DNA of 64,000 nt from the human T2T-CHM13v2.0 reference genome, Homo sapiens. The notes beneath the pieces were generated by a model. The model was not told where the DNA came from and did no database searches. It was given only the letters and a program-made list of their open reading frames with translations. Position numbers and translations under genes: made by a program. The DNA lies in the NCBI RefSeq assembly GCF_009914755.1, contig NC_060947.1; one strand, written 5' to 3'. Below are positions 27,146 through 41,479 of the stretch, piece by piece (the first letter of the stretch is position 1; every line of letters starts with the position of its first letter).

Positions 27146-30100
27146 TTCTTCTAAGACATGCTTATTACTAGAGTTAAATGAGACAATACATTAACTTCAG
27201 CTTGTACAGTGCTTAGATTTGGTAGGTGGTGAGGAAATGCTTATTTTCTTTCATTTCTGACGTATTCACATTATCCTTGCATTCTTACACTGAGATTCAT
27301 GGAAATAGCCCTTTTGAGCATCACTATTTATTTCTAATAACTTGGTAATCACATTATATTTCCATTATTAAATATCCTCAGTGTGCCAAAACTGTAGACC
27401 ATTATGTAAAAATAGTTTAGTGCTTTTTTAGTCTTACTAGATATGACTTAGATTTTTAATTGTTAAAGGATACAGTATCATTACTTCCAATGAATAAGAG
27501 AGTACTACCAGATGTACCAGTAGAAATCTACTAGTATTAGAAATCCACTAGAAATTCTGTTCATAACAGAAATATTAAACAGGATAGTTCTCCATATTCT
27601 TCAGAAAAAGTATCATATTCAACCTTATATTTTAACACGGGATTGGATTTACGGACATGCATTTTGTTATAAGATACGGTCATACATTTGATAAGGAAAA
27701 TTATTGCCTTAAAATTCATGTTATCATGTGTGTCTTAGCTTTCTTGTAAGGTTTCCCTAAAATGCATTTTAAAATGTTTTTTATAATTAGTTTATCTACA
27801 TTATTAATTTTGTATTACCTATACGAAAGAACTGAAATTGATTGTTACAGTACTGGTTCAGAGAGAGAGAGACATTTTACATGAGACTAACTCAGTAAAT
27901 TAGAAATAGGGTACTTATTTTTTTCCTTTAAACACCATTGGAGAGGTCAGTGTCTTCTCATGAGGAAGTATTACAAGAGTAATGAAGTATAATAACTAAT
28001 GTTAGTGCCTCTAAGATGACAGAGTCTTGATCAGGTATAATTTTCGTAGCTATACCGATATACTGTCAAACAAAGCTGTGACATTCTAAGTAATGTTACT
28101 GAATCAATACTCAGTAATTTCTAATAAAGTAAATAATAATCTGATAGCTAGAAATACTTGATTTGTAAAATAAGAATATGGGCATGGATTTTATAATATT
28201 ATTATTTTAATAATCTATAGCATTACTGTGCAAATATACCCTTGGAATATGATGCTTGTTAATAGAATTCTTATGGGATATTAGATGTCTTCTCAATTCG
28301 ATTTTAAAAATTGTAACTGAATATCATGCACATACTACTACGTAGACTATAAAAGTGTGATGTTCTTTTTTACATAAACTTCCAATCATTTATGTCAAAA
28401 TAATACTACCACTCAAACCAATTTCATAGTCAATGGTTTAGCACTATTAAGATATTTGCATATGGGAATGCAACAGAGATAGAAGGAAAAAAGGAAAGTC
28501 AGAGATTGAAGACACCAGAGATAACATCACCAGGTAAGCCACTTTACAGATGTATTTTTCTACAGCTTTATGAATTTTTTTTTGCTGTATGCCCAACGTT
28601 TTAATTGAAATTATCAAACTTTCATGCCCTTGTCAGAAAGTTAGCCATGATGGAGACGATTTGGATAATAAAACTAGTCAATATAATCAGAACATGTGTT
28701 CTAAAAACATTTACTGAGCATCAATTATTGACTAAGCACTCTGAAAACACAAAAGAAATCTGGCTCTCTGGTTATAATACAGTATTTTTTCAGATTATAG
28801 TGTTTATCCCCCTTACCATCATAACCATTAAACTTTCATTAAGCACTTATGAGGGCAAAAGACAGGAAATAAAATGAAACTTCATAGCAGAAACAAACAA
28901 CATGTAATTTTAACCTTGCTAAATATGAGAGTGAGTTTGCTAACCACTAAAAGCACCACTTGATCCTATGGCACTGTCAAACTTAACTGAATCACTTATC
29001 CTTCTTCCAACTACTGCATTTCTCTTTTTCACTGCCTATTTTCTTAATTACCAATCTCAAGTCCCAATTGCCCAGTCCCAGAATCTATTACTTTGAGCTT
29101 TTTGTTCATTTCCTAAATCTAGTCCTATTGGTTTTGATTTGATATCCAGAATGCTTTGTACCTGTTTACAATTTTTGTTGTCATTGCTTTCATTCAGGCT
29201 CTATATACTTTCAGCAATATCCTCTTAACATGTTTTCTGGCCTCCTGTTTCTCTGCTCTTTTATTTATCCTCAAAAAATATCTTCTTAAATATTAAGATA
29301 AGTTTTCCTAAATTGCTGCTATTTCTAGTTTAATTTCTCATGAATAATGGTTTCCTGTTACTCATAGAACTACTACTGCAAATGCCTGAGTCTTTTATAT
29401 AAGACTCATGATCACCCTCCATGATCAGGCTTAAATCCTCCAGCATTCAGTATAGTACAAGACATCGTAAATGATTGGTTTCTGCATTCTTCACAGCACC
29501 CATGTGCTATAATGAGGGTTTGTTCAGTGATATGGAATAGAATGCAATGGAATGAAATGAAATGTCAGATCCTTTGGCAGAATTATACCTAATCCTTCTC
29601 TGTAACATGAACATCTAGATCATTTTAAAGGTCACCAGATGAGGATATTTCACAATCTTGGCAACCCAAATGTCTGCCTTTAACTAACCTTCAAGAAAAG
29701 GATAGGTGACTGAGTTTCTAAGAGGCTACTTAGTTTGTATTAATCAGTATTTCACATATAACCTTCACTGAAGTCAGAATATAGAGTATATATTCACATC
29801 GGCAAATTCTTGTAATTTGTAAAGTCTTTGTTGATGCTGTCACCAAGGTTATGCATCTATGCACAAAAGTCTAAATCTCTCAAAAGAATGGAAAACCTAG
29901 CTAGTAAACTCAGCTTTAAACTTCATCGCAGTCTCACTGTGCCAGGAGACAAAAGATTTCACTGTTAAATATTTTCCTTTTGAAAAAAATGCCTCCAAAA
30001 TGGCAAACTTCTTTACTATTAATGAAAGCTCAAGGCTTTTCCTCCTCAATAGCATCATGCCACTCCTTCGAGGGAAATCCTTTCATTCTTTGTCAACATC

Positions 30101-32361
30101 ACTAATAAATTCTACCCCTTAAGACAAAAAAGACCAGCTAGAATTATATGTGATATATTTTTTCACAGGGGAATGAGAGGTTCGATTTGTTTACTCCCCA
30201 GAAAGACTCACTCTTGGGTGCCTCAAAGCTAAAGCAAACCTCTAAATTCTCTCCCTACAGCAATGTCTATGAAGGATGAGTGGTTTCTCCCAAATGGTGC
30301 AGCCAATTGAACTTTTCTTGGTTACCCAGAGTAAAGAGTTTGGCTAGATTTAATAGTAACCACCATATAGGATCAATTGCTTTACCTTACCTAATTGCCA
30401 GGTTCAGTAAAAGTGACTTATCTTCCTGACATTTCACAGTGTCTGAATTTCTAGCCTGCCTCATAATAAAATGCTGTTGAAATGAAGATAGCAAAGGATC
30501 CTGTCACAGAATATACAGAAGCATATCTGTAATATTCACAGTGTACTTGCAAGATTTGCAAACATTTTAATCTTGCCCTCCAGTTGAGAGAGAGAGAGCA
30601 GGCGACCTCTGATCTGAGCAGAATTTAAATCAATTCCCAGCAATAAAATCTGTATCTTTTCTTTAATTTTGTCATCTGCAATCATCTTTAAGAAAAAATG
30701 GTGATGGCACAAGGATTTAATGTCTATCTACACAAAGCTAAAAATAAATATTATATTAGGCTAGAAGTTTGGTGATGCAGCAGATGGGAGTTGCTTTTGT
30801 GGGGACTCTAAGGTTACTGATGCATTTTGTTGTCAGAAGGAGAAATTTCCTTACTTTCAATGATTTACAATTCTTGGGAAAAAAAGCTGCAAAGCGATTC
30901 AACGACTATATAAATAAGGCTTTAGTTTGAACTCAGTTACCCAAAGAAGTAACATTTATTTTCTTTTGTTTTATGAAGTGTGGCAAGACTAACAAAACAG
31001 TGTTCCTTTAATTCTGTATGTATGCTCCTTTTAGTCTTAAAAGACAATATAATGTACATGTTTCAGGTTTAAATAAAGTCAACTCTTTGCTAAATTGTTT
31101 GATGTTAAGTCACCTTCTTCTCGCCAAAATTGTTGCCAAGAAACAAAAGAGCATTATCAATATTCAGGACTTGAATATGAATCTTTCCCTTAATTTTTAT
31201 AAAAAAAAAAATCTGTCAAATATTTCAAAAAATATTGTCAAATCTGTCAAAAAAAAGAGTGCTCAAATAGTTAAAAGTAGGAGTTGGCCTTACTCTCTGA
31301 GCCAGAAAACCAATGCCTTCTGGCCTCTTTATGCCCTTTAAATAAATAAATAATGCCTGGAGGTAAAATGTTACATAATCAACTTGCATATACTCCTGTT
31401 GTCTTCTTTTGTTTCACATTTTTTCTTCAAGGCAATTTCATAGTCATTAGAAATGGCATACTTTCAAGTAATGAATAATATATTTAAATTTTATGACAAT
31501 ATTTGTCAAACGTTTTCCATTTCATTCACATTATATCTTTCAGAAAAAACTACAAAACATTTCAGGTACCTGGCAGAATATTAAGATCCTGGATAGCTTG
31601 TCTCACCTTAATGAAGAGTCTGTTCAGCGTCCCAAGCTAAGAACTTCCTTCATAGCTGCCCTAGGTTATCCGTACTTAGCTATGCTAACATTCTTCTTCT
31701 ACTGCTCTTTTGGAGCTCTTCTCCCTGGATTTCGCTTTACACTCCAGGCATCCAGCAGCAGTGTCCTGCCTTCTGATGTTCAGTGTTACGTGGCCTAATC
31801 TTGGCCTTTTCTAAAATACTTCAACTTCCAAAAGTATTGGACACATTTAAACTGTGACTGGAAGGAACACTAGAAACAAACTCACTCTTTTATTTCCAAA
31901 GTAAAGATACAGAGAACCTGGGACATTAAGTGATGTTTGGAAAATGACAATTTAGTTAGTGGTAGAACTGGAGCTCGAATTCTGGCTTCTAGTGGGAGAA
32001 GTTTGTCTTGGGTTAGATTCCTCCAAAAACACATCCTGAACAAAAGATTTGTGAACAAATGGTTTATTTGGAGGGTGAACTCGTAAGGCATTATGAGAGC
32101 ACGGGGACGTTCAGGAAGTTACCCTGTGGATACCTGGAGCTCAGTCTTACTGGGGAATCTCTGAAAGACTGTGGAGAATATACCTTAGAAATGTCCCACT
32201 ATGGGACAAAGATTCTACAGGATTTCTCTATCAACTTTTACTCCTCATTGGCTAAGGGCAGCTCTGGTGGCACTAATTCCACTTCCTGTCCACCTTCAAA
32301 CTGGCTGAAATGGTTCTGCACCAGAAATACCCTCCGGTAGAGAGAAGCCATTGCTGTACAT

Positions 32362-32552
32362 CAACCTTGTCCAATCCATGACCCAGGATGGCTTTCAATG
32401 TGGCCCAACACAAATTTGTAAACTTTCTTAAAATATTTTTTCAATTATTTCTTTTAGTTCACCAGCTATCATTAGTGTTAGTATATTTTATGTGTGGCCC
32501 AAGACAATTCTTCCAATGTCGCCCAGGGAAGCCAACGGGTTGGACACCCCTG
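32362..32552. mobile_element. MER30 (hAT-Charlie MITE)
   Basis: GGATGGCTTTCAATGTGGCCCAACACAAATTTGTAAAC...GTGTGGCCCAAGACAATTCTTCCAATG...TTGGACACCCCTG. Confidence 0.85.
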
Positions 32553-33095
32553 GTTTATATAGACACTTTCTGCATGTAACTTCCAGTGTAGGCCAAGGGA
32601 AAGAGGGCAGATATAGTGTCAACGAGAGAAGCAAATGTGCCACATCGGAAAAGCGGTACGGTTAGAGAACTAGCACTGTACCTAACTTCTTCTTCAGGTG
32701 CTCAATTAGTATCTATATGACAAGTAATCACAGTTACAATTTCTACATAATTGCAATACAGTTGATGTTTTTTTCCTGATGGCATAGCAGACGGGGATTA
32801 CCATAGTTACAGTTCTTCTTAAATGCTAGATCTTAGAGGACTCCTGGGGGTCAATAATAGTAAGGGCTGGCCCCATTTGTCATTGAAAACTGAAGCTCAT
32901 TAAACTTAAAAAAAACTCTAGAACTTAGAAATAAATGTATCTTTCATTTGCATGGAAGAACTGTAAAGCTATATATGACTGAATATTATAAAAAGAGAGA
33001 ATTAAGTTTGACAAAAGGCAGATTTCGAAGGTATGAGGTAAAGGAGCAGATATTCCTATTCAAAGCCATAAATCCAAAAACCACAGATCATAAGT

Positions 33096-33253
33096 AGAGT
33101 TGCCAGATAAAATAAAAGACACTCAGCAAAATGTGAATTTCAGATAAACAATGAACAATTTGGGACACACACTAAGAAAATTATTTGTTGTTTATCTGAA
33201 ATTTACATTTAAGTAGGCTTCTTTTATTTGTGTTTGCTAAATGTGGCAACCCT
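33096..33253. mobile_element. MER53 (hAT MITE, palindromic)
   Basis: TIRs AGAGTTGCCA...TGGCAACCCT and an internal inverted repeat AATTTCAGATAAACAA / TTGTTTATCTGAAATT. Confidence 0.8.
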
Positions 33254-33806
33254 AATCCTGGGACAATTACAAAGGATCTTGTGTGTGTGTGTGTTTCCTC
33301 ATGAATTGAGCAGGAGCCTATTTCAACAATAAAACTCAGAGCTAATTGTAATATTTTATGGCACTTATTAAAATAAAGCACCCTCATAATTTTGGATAAG
33401 AAATATTATTGTAGAAGTCTCAATAACAGAAACAAAAAAAAATGCTTTCTGGCAGCGAGGGAGCATAACTGGAAATGTACAAGTAAACTGAAGAAAAAAG
33501 ATGGAAATATTAACATTTAAAAAATGTCATATTCTATAGAAAAGCAATGCTTCAGACTCTCATTTATCATCAAGCTTGGCCAGCTTCAATTTACTATAAA
33601 TTGAATGTAAAATTACATTAAAAAAAATCGTAGCCTTATTATTTAAATTTGCATTACAAGTAATCCCTATGAAGTCTGTCTTCCAGGAAAGCAAATTTTT
33701 AATAAATCACATACCCTGCGTTGTTCTCATCCACAAATATGTTTGATTTCTTTTCCAAATACGAAAAGCCTAGCTATGCTGTATTTTTTAAAAAAACAAC
33801 AACAAA

Positions 33807-34135
33807 TGTCTTAATCCATTTTGTGCTGCTGTAACAAAAATAACTGAGAATGAGGTAATTTAGGAAGAATGTACCTTTATTTTTTCACAGTTCTCGAGTT
33901 TGGGAAATCCAAGATCAAGATGTTAGCATCTGGTGAGGGCCTTTTCACAGAGTTTTCACATGGTGGTGCATGGTGGAGGGTCAAGAGATAGGAGAACACT
34001 GTGTGAAGCCTCTTTTATATGGGACTTGATCCTATTCTTAAGGGAGGAGCCCTGATGGATTATTCACCCTTAAATATTCCATCTCCTAATACAATCACCT
34101 GAATTTTGGAGGGGACTTATTCAAGCCATTGCAAC
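33807..34135 (-). mobile_element. MaLR solo LTR (MLT1A/MST-like), ~160 nt downstream of the exon 12 donor
   Basis: TGTCTTAATCCATTTTGTGCTGCTGTAACA...TCCAAGATCAAG...TCTGGTGAGGGCC...ATTCAAGCCATTGCAACA. Confidence 0.75.
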
Positions 34136-34295
34136 AAAGATTGCAAAAACAATTAGGTAAAAATAATTTTTAAAATATGGCTGACTTTAAGTTTTAATTC
34201 TCTCCCATCAACCATGTCATCTGTGTTACTGTGTATAGGTACTATACACAGAGTTTGCTTTCTAGTAGAAAGCACGCAACATAAGATACACCTAC

Positions 34296-34446
34296 CTTAT
34301 GTTGTTGTACTTGGCGTTTTAGGTCTTCAAGATCAGGTCCAAGAGGCTCTTCCTCCATTTTCCTTGTTCTTTCTTCTGTTTTTGTTAGCCAGTCATTCAA
34401 CTCTTTCAGTTTCTGATTCTGGAGATCCATTAAAACTCTATGTAAA
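34296..34446 (-). CDS. DMD: Dystrophin exon 12 (151 nt, frame-shifting if skipped), start of spectrin-like repeat 2
   Basis: On the minus strand: acceptor CTTCTTTCAAATTTTCAG|TTTACATAGAG, donor CATAAG|GTAGGT. The first base completes the upstream codon, then LHRVLMDLQNQK...RQVQQHK. It overlaps track ORF 34242..34430, which runs on into the intron after HK. Confidence 0.97.
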
Positions 34447-34771
34447 CTGAAAATTTGAAAGAAGCCTATTATGACCTCTTTGAAAGCAACTTATTACTGA
34501 ACATCACAATGTAAAACAATAGAATTTATAATATATGGAATGTTCGCATTTGGGGGCATCTATTGGACATTGAGAAGGATGTAAGTAAAGCCCACTATCA
34601 GTCACCCCGGAACTATTATTTCTCAGACTTATAATAGTTCACAAATCCTGATTTCTAAAAACTTTCACATAGTCAACTAAATGTGAACATGCTAACTGAA
34701 GTGCAAAGCATCTGATAATTGACTAAGTAGTGTATTTTGGCAGTTGTTCGTTTACATTCTCATTATTTAGT

Positions 34772-35243
34772 ATGTGTGGTGGTTAAAGATGGCCACAAAT
34801 TCTTTGTCACTTTTCCCTTCAAGAGATGAGGTCTATTTTCCATCCCTGTGAATATGATCTGGACTTGTGTTTTTTTTTTTGACCACAGAATGTGGCATAA
34901 CTGACACCACACCAATTCCAAGTGTAGGCTATAAAAGAACTGGCAGCATTTGTATTTCTTCCTCTCTTGAAGCCTAGATTCCATGCTGTAAAGGAGGCCA
35001 GGCTACACTACCGAATCATTAGAGACCATATAGGAGTGATTCTGCAGGATAAAATACTGTATTAGAAGTGAGCTTCCAGCTCAGCACAGCCCAAGGGGTG
35101 ACCCCCAGCTATAAAACTAGTAATATAAAAACAACCTGGCTGAGCCCTGCTTATATTCTCGGTCTTCAGATCATGACGCAATTATAAATTGTTTTAACCC
35201 ATTAAGTTTGGACGTCATTTGATACACACAAATAGACTAGAGA
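34772..35243 (+). mobile_element. MLT1 (MaLR) LTR
   Basis: AAAGATGGCCACAAATTCTTTG...TTTGACCACAGAATGTGGCA...TTGTTTTAACCCATTAAGTTTGG. Confidence 0.7.
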
Positions 35244-35689
35244 AAGGGTGCTTTTTCCCCACAAAGATATAGAAAATAGTGGGCTGGGTAATGAATTTAA
35301 AGTCCAAAGGCCTAGGTTCACAGCCCAGCGGTAAGCTCTACAACCAGGTTCTTAAACGTTCTCAATTACATTTCCAGCATCAGGGACATGGGATAATGTT
35401 TTGCCTATTAATTACACAACTTTATGTTGAGGATGAAAACACATTATTGTTCATTCATTAATTCAACCAAAATTTGAGATGCAAATGAGAAGTGCTGATG
35501 GTTATTTTAAAGGAAATACTCTTTATAAACATCATGTTTAAAGCATTTTTCAAAACTATATTCTGAACATTGATCTTATAATTTGAATTAGGAATATGTT
35601 ATTTTGAATACATAATTTTACTCTAAAATCTTTACTGGAAGTTTCCATTAATCATCACATTTAAACACACAAAGTGCACACATAGCTGA

Positions 35690-36870
35690 GAGTGTTTTTT
35701 AACAGATTTAATTTTTTGGCTGTTTTAGATTCACGAAAAATTAATGAGATTATAATACAAAGAGTTATCATATAACTTGCACTCAGTCTCCCGTTTTATT
35801 AACATCTTATGTTATTATGGAACATCTCTTACAATTAATGAACCAATATTTGTGCATTAGCTGGAGACTATTATTATATTCTGATTTCCTTAAACTATTT
35901 TTTGTATTTCAGTATCTCTCCAAGGATTCCATATTACACTCAATTGTCCTGTTTCCTTAATCTGCTTTTGGCTATGACAGTTTCTCAGAATTTTTCTGGC
36001 AGTTTTTAAAAGTGCTGGCCAGGCTGGTATTTTGTAGTATGCCTCTCAGTGGGGATTTGTCTGATTTTTTTTCCTCATAATTAAACTGGGGTTTTTGAAA
36101 GACCACAGAAGTAATGGGCCATTTTAAGCACATTTTATAAAGCATATATACCCTCAACGTGACTTATCAATGTTAAATGTGACCACCTGGCTAAAGTAAT
36201 AGGTGTCATGTTTATCCACTATAAAGTTACTCTTTCCCCCTCTTTTCACACTGTTTTTTAATAAGAAAGTCACTATACACAGCCCCTGTGGAGTGGGGAG
36301 TTACATTCCCTCTCCGTGAGGGCAGAGAAGTTACATAAGTTTTTGGAGTTTTTTCTGCATTGGAGATTTGTCTCTATTCCTCCATTTATTTATGAAATTA
36401 TTTATTTACATAGCATGGACTCATGTATAGTTATTTGATACTTTGGGCTAAATCCAATACTAGTTTTTGCTTTGGATTTTTGCTCAAATAGTTCCAGCTT
36501 TGGACATTGGGAAGTCTCTTAGTTGGCTTCTTTGACACATCCCATCAGTGTTTTTTGTTTAGAGCGAGACCGTGGAGTTTAGCATGTTCTTACTATCTGG
36601 CACTACCAAATGTTCCAGGCTCATTTTCTATATTCCCTTTCCTAGTGTTAGAATCAGCTGTTTCTCCACAGTGTTCTGGTTCCTTTTTTTTTTTTTTTTT
36701 TTTTTTTTCTTTAAAGAATGTTACTGAAACCCAAGATCCTGTTGCTAGGTATGCTCCTTGCTTCTAGGGTGTTGTAGCTTACAGGACCTCTGGGTTGACA
36801 TAAAGAAGTGGATGTGTGAGTGTGTACTCACCCATAAATACTTCTATATATAATTATCTCATCTGTATTA
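35690..36870 (-). mobile_element. Old L1 (L1MC-like) 3' region
   Basis: ACAATTAATGAACCAATATT, GGGATTTGTCTGAT, TGCTCAAATAGTTCCAGCTTTGG and GAAACCCAAGATC are typical of the antisense L1MC 3'UTR. Confidence 0.65.
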
Positions 36871-37324
36871 ACCTAATATTAATTTATCCATCTCTCTCCA
36901 CCTTGTGACTTCTGTTCCTTATCTGTGAACTACCTCTTCAACTTTTTTTTGAACTACCTCTTCAACATTTTGAGTTATAAGAAACTCAAAAATGATTTCT
37001 TTAAACTAGAAGTTGAGATGACCGCTGTTCATGTTTGGCTCCTCATGCTGCTGAATCCACAGACAGAGAAAGGGGTTACCATACAGAACCTAAGCACAAA
37101 TGGTCAACTGAGTTCACCCAATACAATGCGGGGCAAGTAGTACTACATTAGAAAACTATGGGCATTTGCCAGGAGTCTCTTAGTATACCCATATATGATA
37201 GTGTTAACCAATAAAAAAAACAGAAGATACTCGATCAATATGGAAACACTAATAATATGGTTCTTTGGAAGGATGTTTTTTATTTCCCACTAAGGTCAAA
37301 GTACGCAACTAGAAGAAATTCTGC

Positions 37325-39585
37325 CATAGTAACCAAGACAGCATTGTATTAGCATAAAAACTGATCAGTGGAACATAATAGAGAACCCAGGAATAAATTA
37401 ATGCATTTGCATTCAACTGATTTTGGACATGGGTGTCAAGAACACACCGTGAGGACAGGACACCCTCTTCAGCAAATGCTACCAGGAAAAGTAAGAATCT
37501 ACATGCAGAAGAATGAAATTAGACCCTTATCCCTTGCCACATACAAAAACCAATTTGAAATGGATTAAAAACTTAAATTTAAGACTCAAAACTCTCAATC
37601 TATTAGTAGAAAACATAGAGGACAAGCTTCATCACAATTATTTGGGCAATAACTTTTGAATATGACTGTAAAAGCACAAGCAACAAAAGCAAAAATAGAC
37701 TGAGGACTTATACCAAACTAAAAATTTCTGCACAGCAAAAAAATTAAAATTAAAATTAAAAATTAACAGAGTAAAGAGATATCCAATAGAATGAGAAAAA
37801 TATTTGCAAACTATATATCTGATGGGGGTTCATATAAAAATATGGAAGAAATTCAACCAACTCCATAGCAAGAAAACAAATAACCTGATTAAAAATAGGC
37901 AAAAGACCAAAATAGACATTTATCATAAAAGGGACAAATGGATAACACAGATATGAAAAAATGCTCAACAGCACTAATCATCTGGGAAATGCAAATTAAA
38001 ACCACAATGAGGTATCAGCTTACTTGCAAAGAAAAGGGAACACTTATACACTGTTTGTGGGAGTGTAAATTATTTCAACTATTGTTGAAAACAGTGTGGT
38101 GATTCCACAAAGACCTCAAAACAGAACTACCATTGGACCCAGCAATCCTATTATTGTGTATACACTTAAAGGAATATAAATCATTCTACCAAAAAGACAC
38201 ATGCACACATATGTTCGTGGCAGCACTATTCACAATCACAAAGACAATCAACCTAAATGCTTATCAGTGGTAAACTGGATAAAGAAAATGTGGTAAACAC
38301 ATACCATGGAATACTATGCGGCCATGAAAAAGAGTAAGATTATGTTCTTTGCAGAAACGTAGATGAAGCTGGAGGCCATTATCCTTAGCAAAATAACGCA
38401 GAAACAGAAAACCAAATACACCACGTTCTCACTTATAAGTGGGAGCTAAATGATGAGAACACATGGGCACATAGAGGGAAACAACAGACATGGGGCCTAT
38501 TGGAGTTTGGAGGGTGGCAGAAGGAAAGAATTAGGAAAAAATAACTAATGAGTACTAAGCTTATACCTGGTGATGAAATAATCTGTACAATAAACTTCCA
38601 TGACACAAGTTTACCCATGTAACAAAACTGCACATGTACCCTTGCACCTAAAAGTTAAAATATAATAGTAATTAACGATATCTTTGTCAAAAGAAAAAAG
38701 AAGAGATTATCACCTCACTTTTGTTAGCATGGCTACTATCCAAAACAAAAAAAGATAAATGTTGATAACGATTTAGGAAAAAGGCATGTATTACGTACCT
38801 GCAAAAGTTAAAAATTACTAATTAAAAAAAAGAAAACCTTTACACACTGTAAATGGGAATGGCAATCAGTACAGGCATCATGGAAAACAGTATGAAGGCT
38901 CCTTGAAATATGAACAACAAAACTACAATATGATACAAAATCCCACTATGAATTATATATACAAAGGAAATGAAATCAGTATGTCAAAGAAATATCTGCA
39001 CTACCATTTTTATTGCAGCACTATTCATGGCCAAGATATGGAATCAATCCAAATATCCACCAACATATGAACGGATAAAGAAAATGTGGTATACATATAT
39101 ACAATGGAATACTATTCAGCCATAAAAAAGAATAAAATACTGTCATTTGCAACAACATGGATGAACCTGGAGGATATTATGTTAAGTGAAATAAGCCAGT
39201 AAAGAAAGAAAACCACTGCCTAATTTCACTTATATGTGGAATCTAAAAGAGCTGATCCCACAGAAGTAGGGAATGAATAGTGGTTACCAGAGGCTGAGGT
39301 GGTTATGGGGAAGGGGGAGGTATGGAGATACTTTTCAAGGGATATATAGTCACAGTCAAAATATTCAAGTGATGTATTTTACAGCATGGTGACTACAGCT
39401 AATGAAAATATACTCTTGAAAAATGTAGAGAGAGAGGACGTTAAATATTCCCACCATAAAAATGATAAATATGTAAGGTAATGCATATGTTAATTAGCTA
39501 GATTCAACTGTTCCACAATATATATTTACTCAGAAGCATCACGTTGTACATGATGAATATACAATTTTATCTGTCAATTTAAAGT
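37325..39585 (+). mobile_element. L1MA-type ORF2 end and 3'UTR, interrupted by a younger L1 3' end
   Basis: ORF2 C-terminal motifs and an L1MA 3'UTR ending TATACAATTTTATCTGTCAATTTAAA. Confidence 0.85.
38025..38665 (+). mobile_element. Old L1PA-type 3' end nested in the L1MA
   Basis: CTCACTTATAAGTGGGAGCTAAATGATGAGAACAC...TACCCATGTAACAAAACTGCACATGTACCC, then an A-rich tail. The host resumes with a duplicated (a)tatca(g/c)ct(t/c)act. Confidence 0.8.
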
Positions 39586-41479
39586 AGGGTTTAAAAAGCA
39601 ATGTTTAGAAATTGATAGCATTTCAAACAATAAAATATAAAAGTTGGGTCTGTTGAGTGTGTGTGTGGATGCTGCATACTATTGGCAGAAAAGATAGAAC
39701 ACACTCAAATATGTTTCGCTCAGTAGACTACTTACACATTTATGTGAAGGGTCGGGGGAAAAATAATAAACGATAGTGAAGGAGCCAGGACCTAACAACA
39801 AAGACAACTGACCTAGCATCCCCGGAACTGGAAGAAAAAAGGAAGAGAGCTGTTGCCGGAGCTCAGTGAGAATTAGAGACATGGAACAAGAGCTGTCCAA
39901 CAGTAGCTGTAGTTTAAGAGGAACACAATTCCAGCCACTCCACAGTAAGAAACAGAAGAGGAAGAGAAAAGTACCACAATCTCTGCTTTCACCCTCTTGC
40001 CAGTGCCTCCCATTGGCTGAAGTACTTTAGCAACCAAAGGCCAAGAGGAACCTGGGTAACAGAAAATCTAGACTTCATCCTCTTTGAACAGAGCAAGAAG
40101 GAGAAAAGTGAAATGAATCTGCTAAACAGAGTAACTATCAAAATACTTAAATTAGTATAAGTGTATTTAAAACAAAAGGATACAAAATTCCATCAGCATC
40201 TTTATCCTCATACACTAATGCCAGGCTATTTAAACCCCAACATGGAACCTGTATGTAATGTTACATACCACTCACACTCTTCATATAAAATTACAGGGAA
40301 ACAGGGGAAGTAAACCAGTAAAATAAAATATAAAAGATAATGGCTCCATAGCTGGTCCGAAGTATTGGGGTTGTTATCAGAGCTTTCTTCCAATATGCAT
40401 TTCATATTCCTTTTGAGAGTGTTTACAATAATTTAGATTGCACTATTTATTGACTTTTAACATTTTAGAGACACATTTACCATGAGGAACATTGCAATCA
40501 GAAGTTATGAGAATAAACTTTCATTTATCAAACACAAAAAGTAGACATTTTATTTTTATGAGAAACAACAGAGATGAGATATCCATTTAAGTGGAAGCAA
40601 AAACTGAAAGTTGCTAGTATTTGAAAGCATCATTTACTTTTTGCTTTTGGACAGACATTTCCTTCAACAAATCTTTACTGAGTTTCATATCTATGCAGGA
40701 AACTCATATTTGTTAGGAATGGACAAAATACCTATCTTCAATTTCAAGTAGCTTAGAGACTATTAGAGACATAAATACAAAAATAATTAGAATATAAGAA
40801 ATCCATTATAATTAGATTTATATACATTCCTGAGGGAGTAAGGAGAGGATACAAATTGACCTGCAGTCATTGGGAACAGTGTCCTCGCAGAACACACAGC
40901 CTAAGAGTTGAGACTTGAAAAATTCATTCATTAATTTACGAAATATACAATTATTGAGTACCTGGATACTACGGATGGAGAGGCAAGGAAGACCAACACA
41001 GCCCCTTGCTATCTTGGAGTTTATATGGATGGCGGGTGAGGGCCACAGATAATACATATAGCTCAACAGGCCATTAGTTGGTTATAATGTGATCATACTA
41101 TGAAATGAGAGCAATTGAATTGAGTCTGTAAAGGGGGGCCTTTAGTGCAGTACTGGACAACTGTGAAGACTGAAGTCAGAAGTAGTGAAAAAGAAGGTAT
41201 AAACTCTTTCTAGACGGAAAGAAAGACCTGTGAAAGGCCCTGTCACATCACAGAGGAACCGGAAATCCAGTGCAGCTTGATCGCACAAGGTGCAGGATGG
41301 TTGTACAGTATCATAGCCTACCTTAATCTGTGGGTCCACAGAGATTTCTTGAGCTCTGCCCCAAATCTGAAATTTGAACACCCAGTAATCTTTCATGTTC
41401 TATCGTGGTTTCATTTTACAAACTTGGACTCAGAGATTGACCAATAAGAAGAGATGTACACATAAGTGTTTTATCTTCT

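Noticed and set aside
29533-29565. (GGAAT)-like pentamers resembling HSATII/III
   Set aside because: Only a few degenerate units, so low-complexity sequence rather than a satellite block.
34214-34450. Plus-strand 78-aa ORF, and the tail of the minus-strand ORF 34242..34430
   Set aside because: The first is the antisense shadow of exon 12. The second reads through the donor at 34295 into intron 12.
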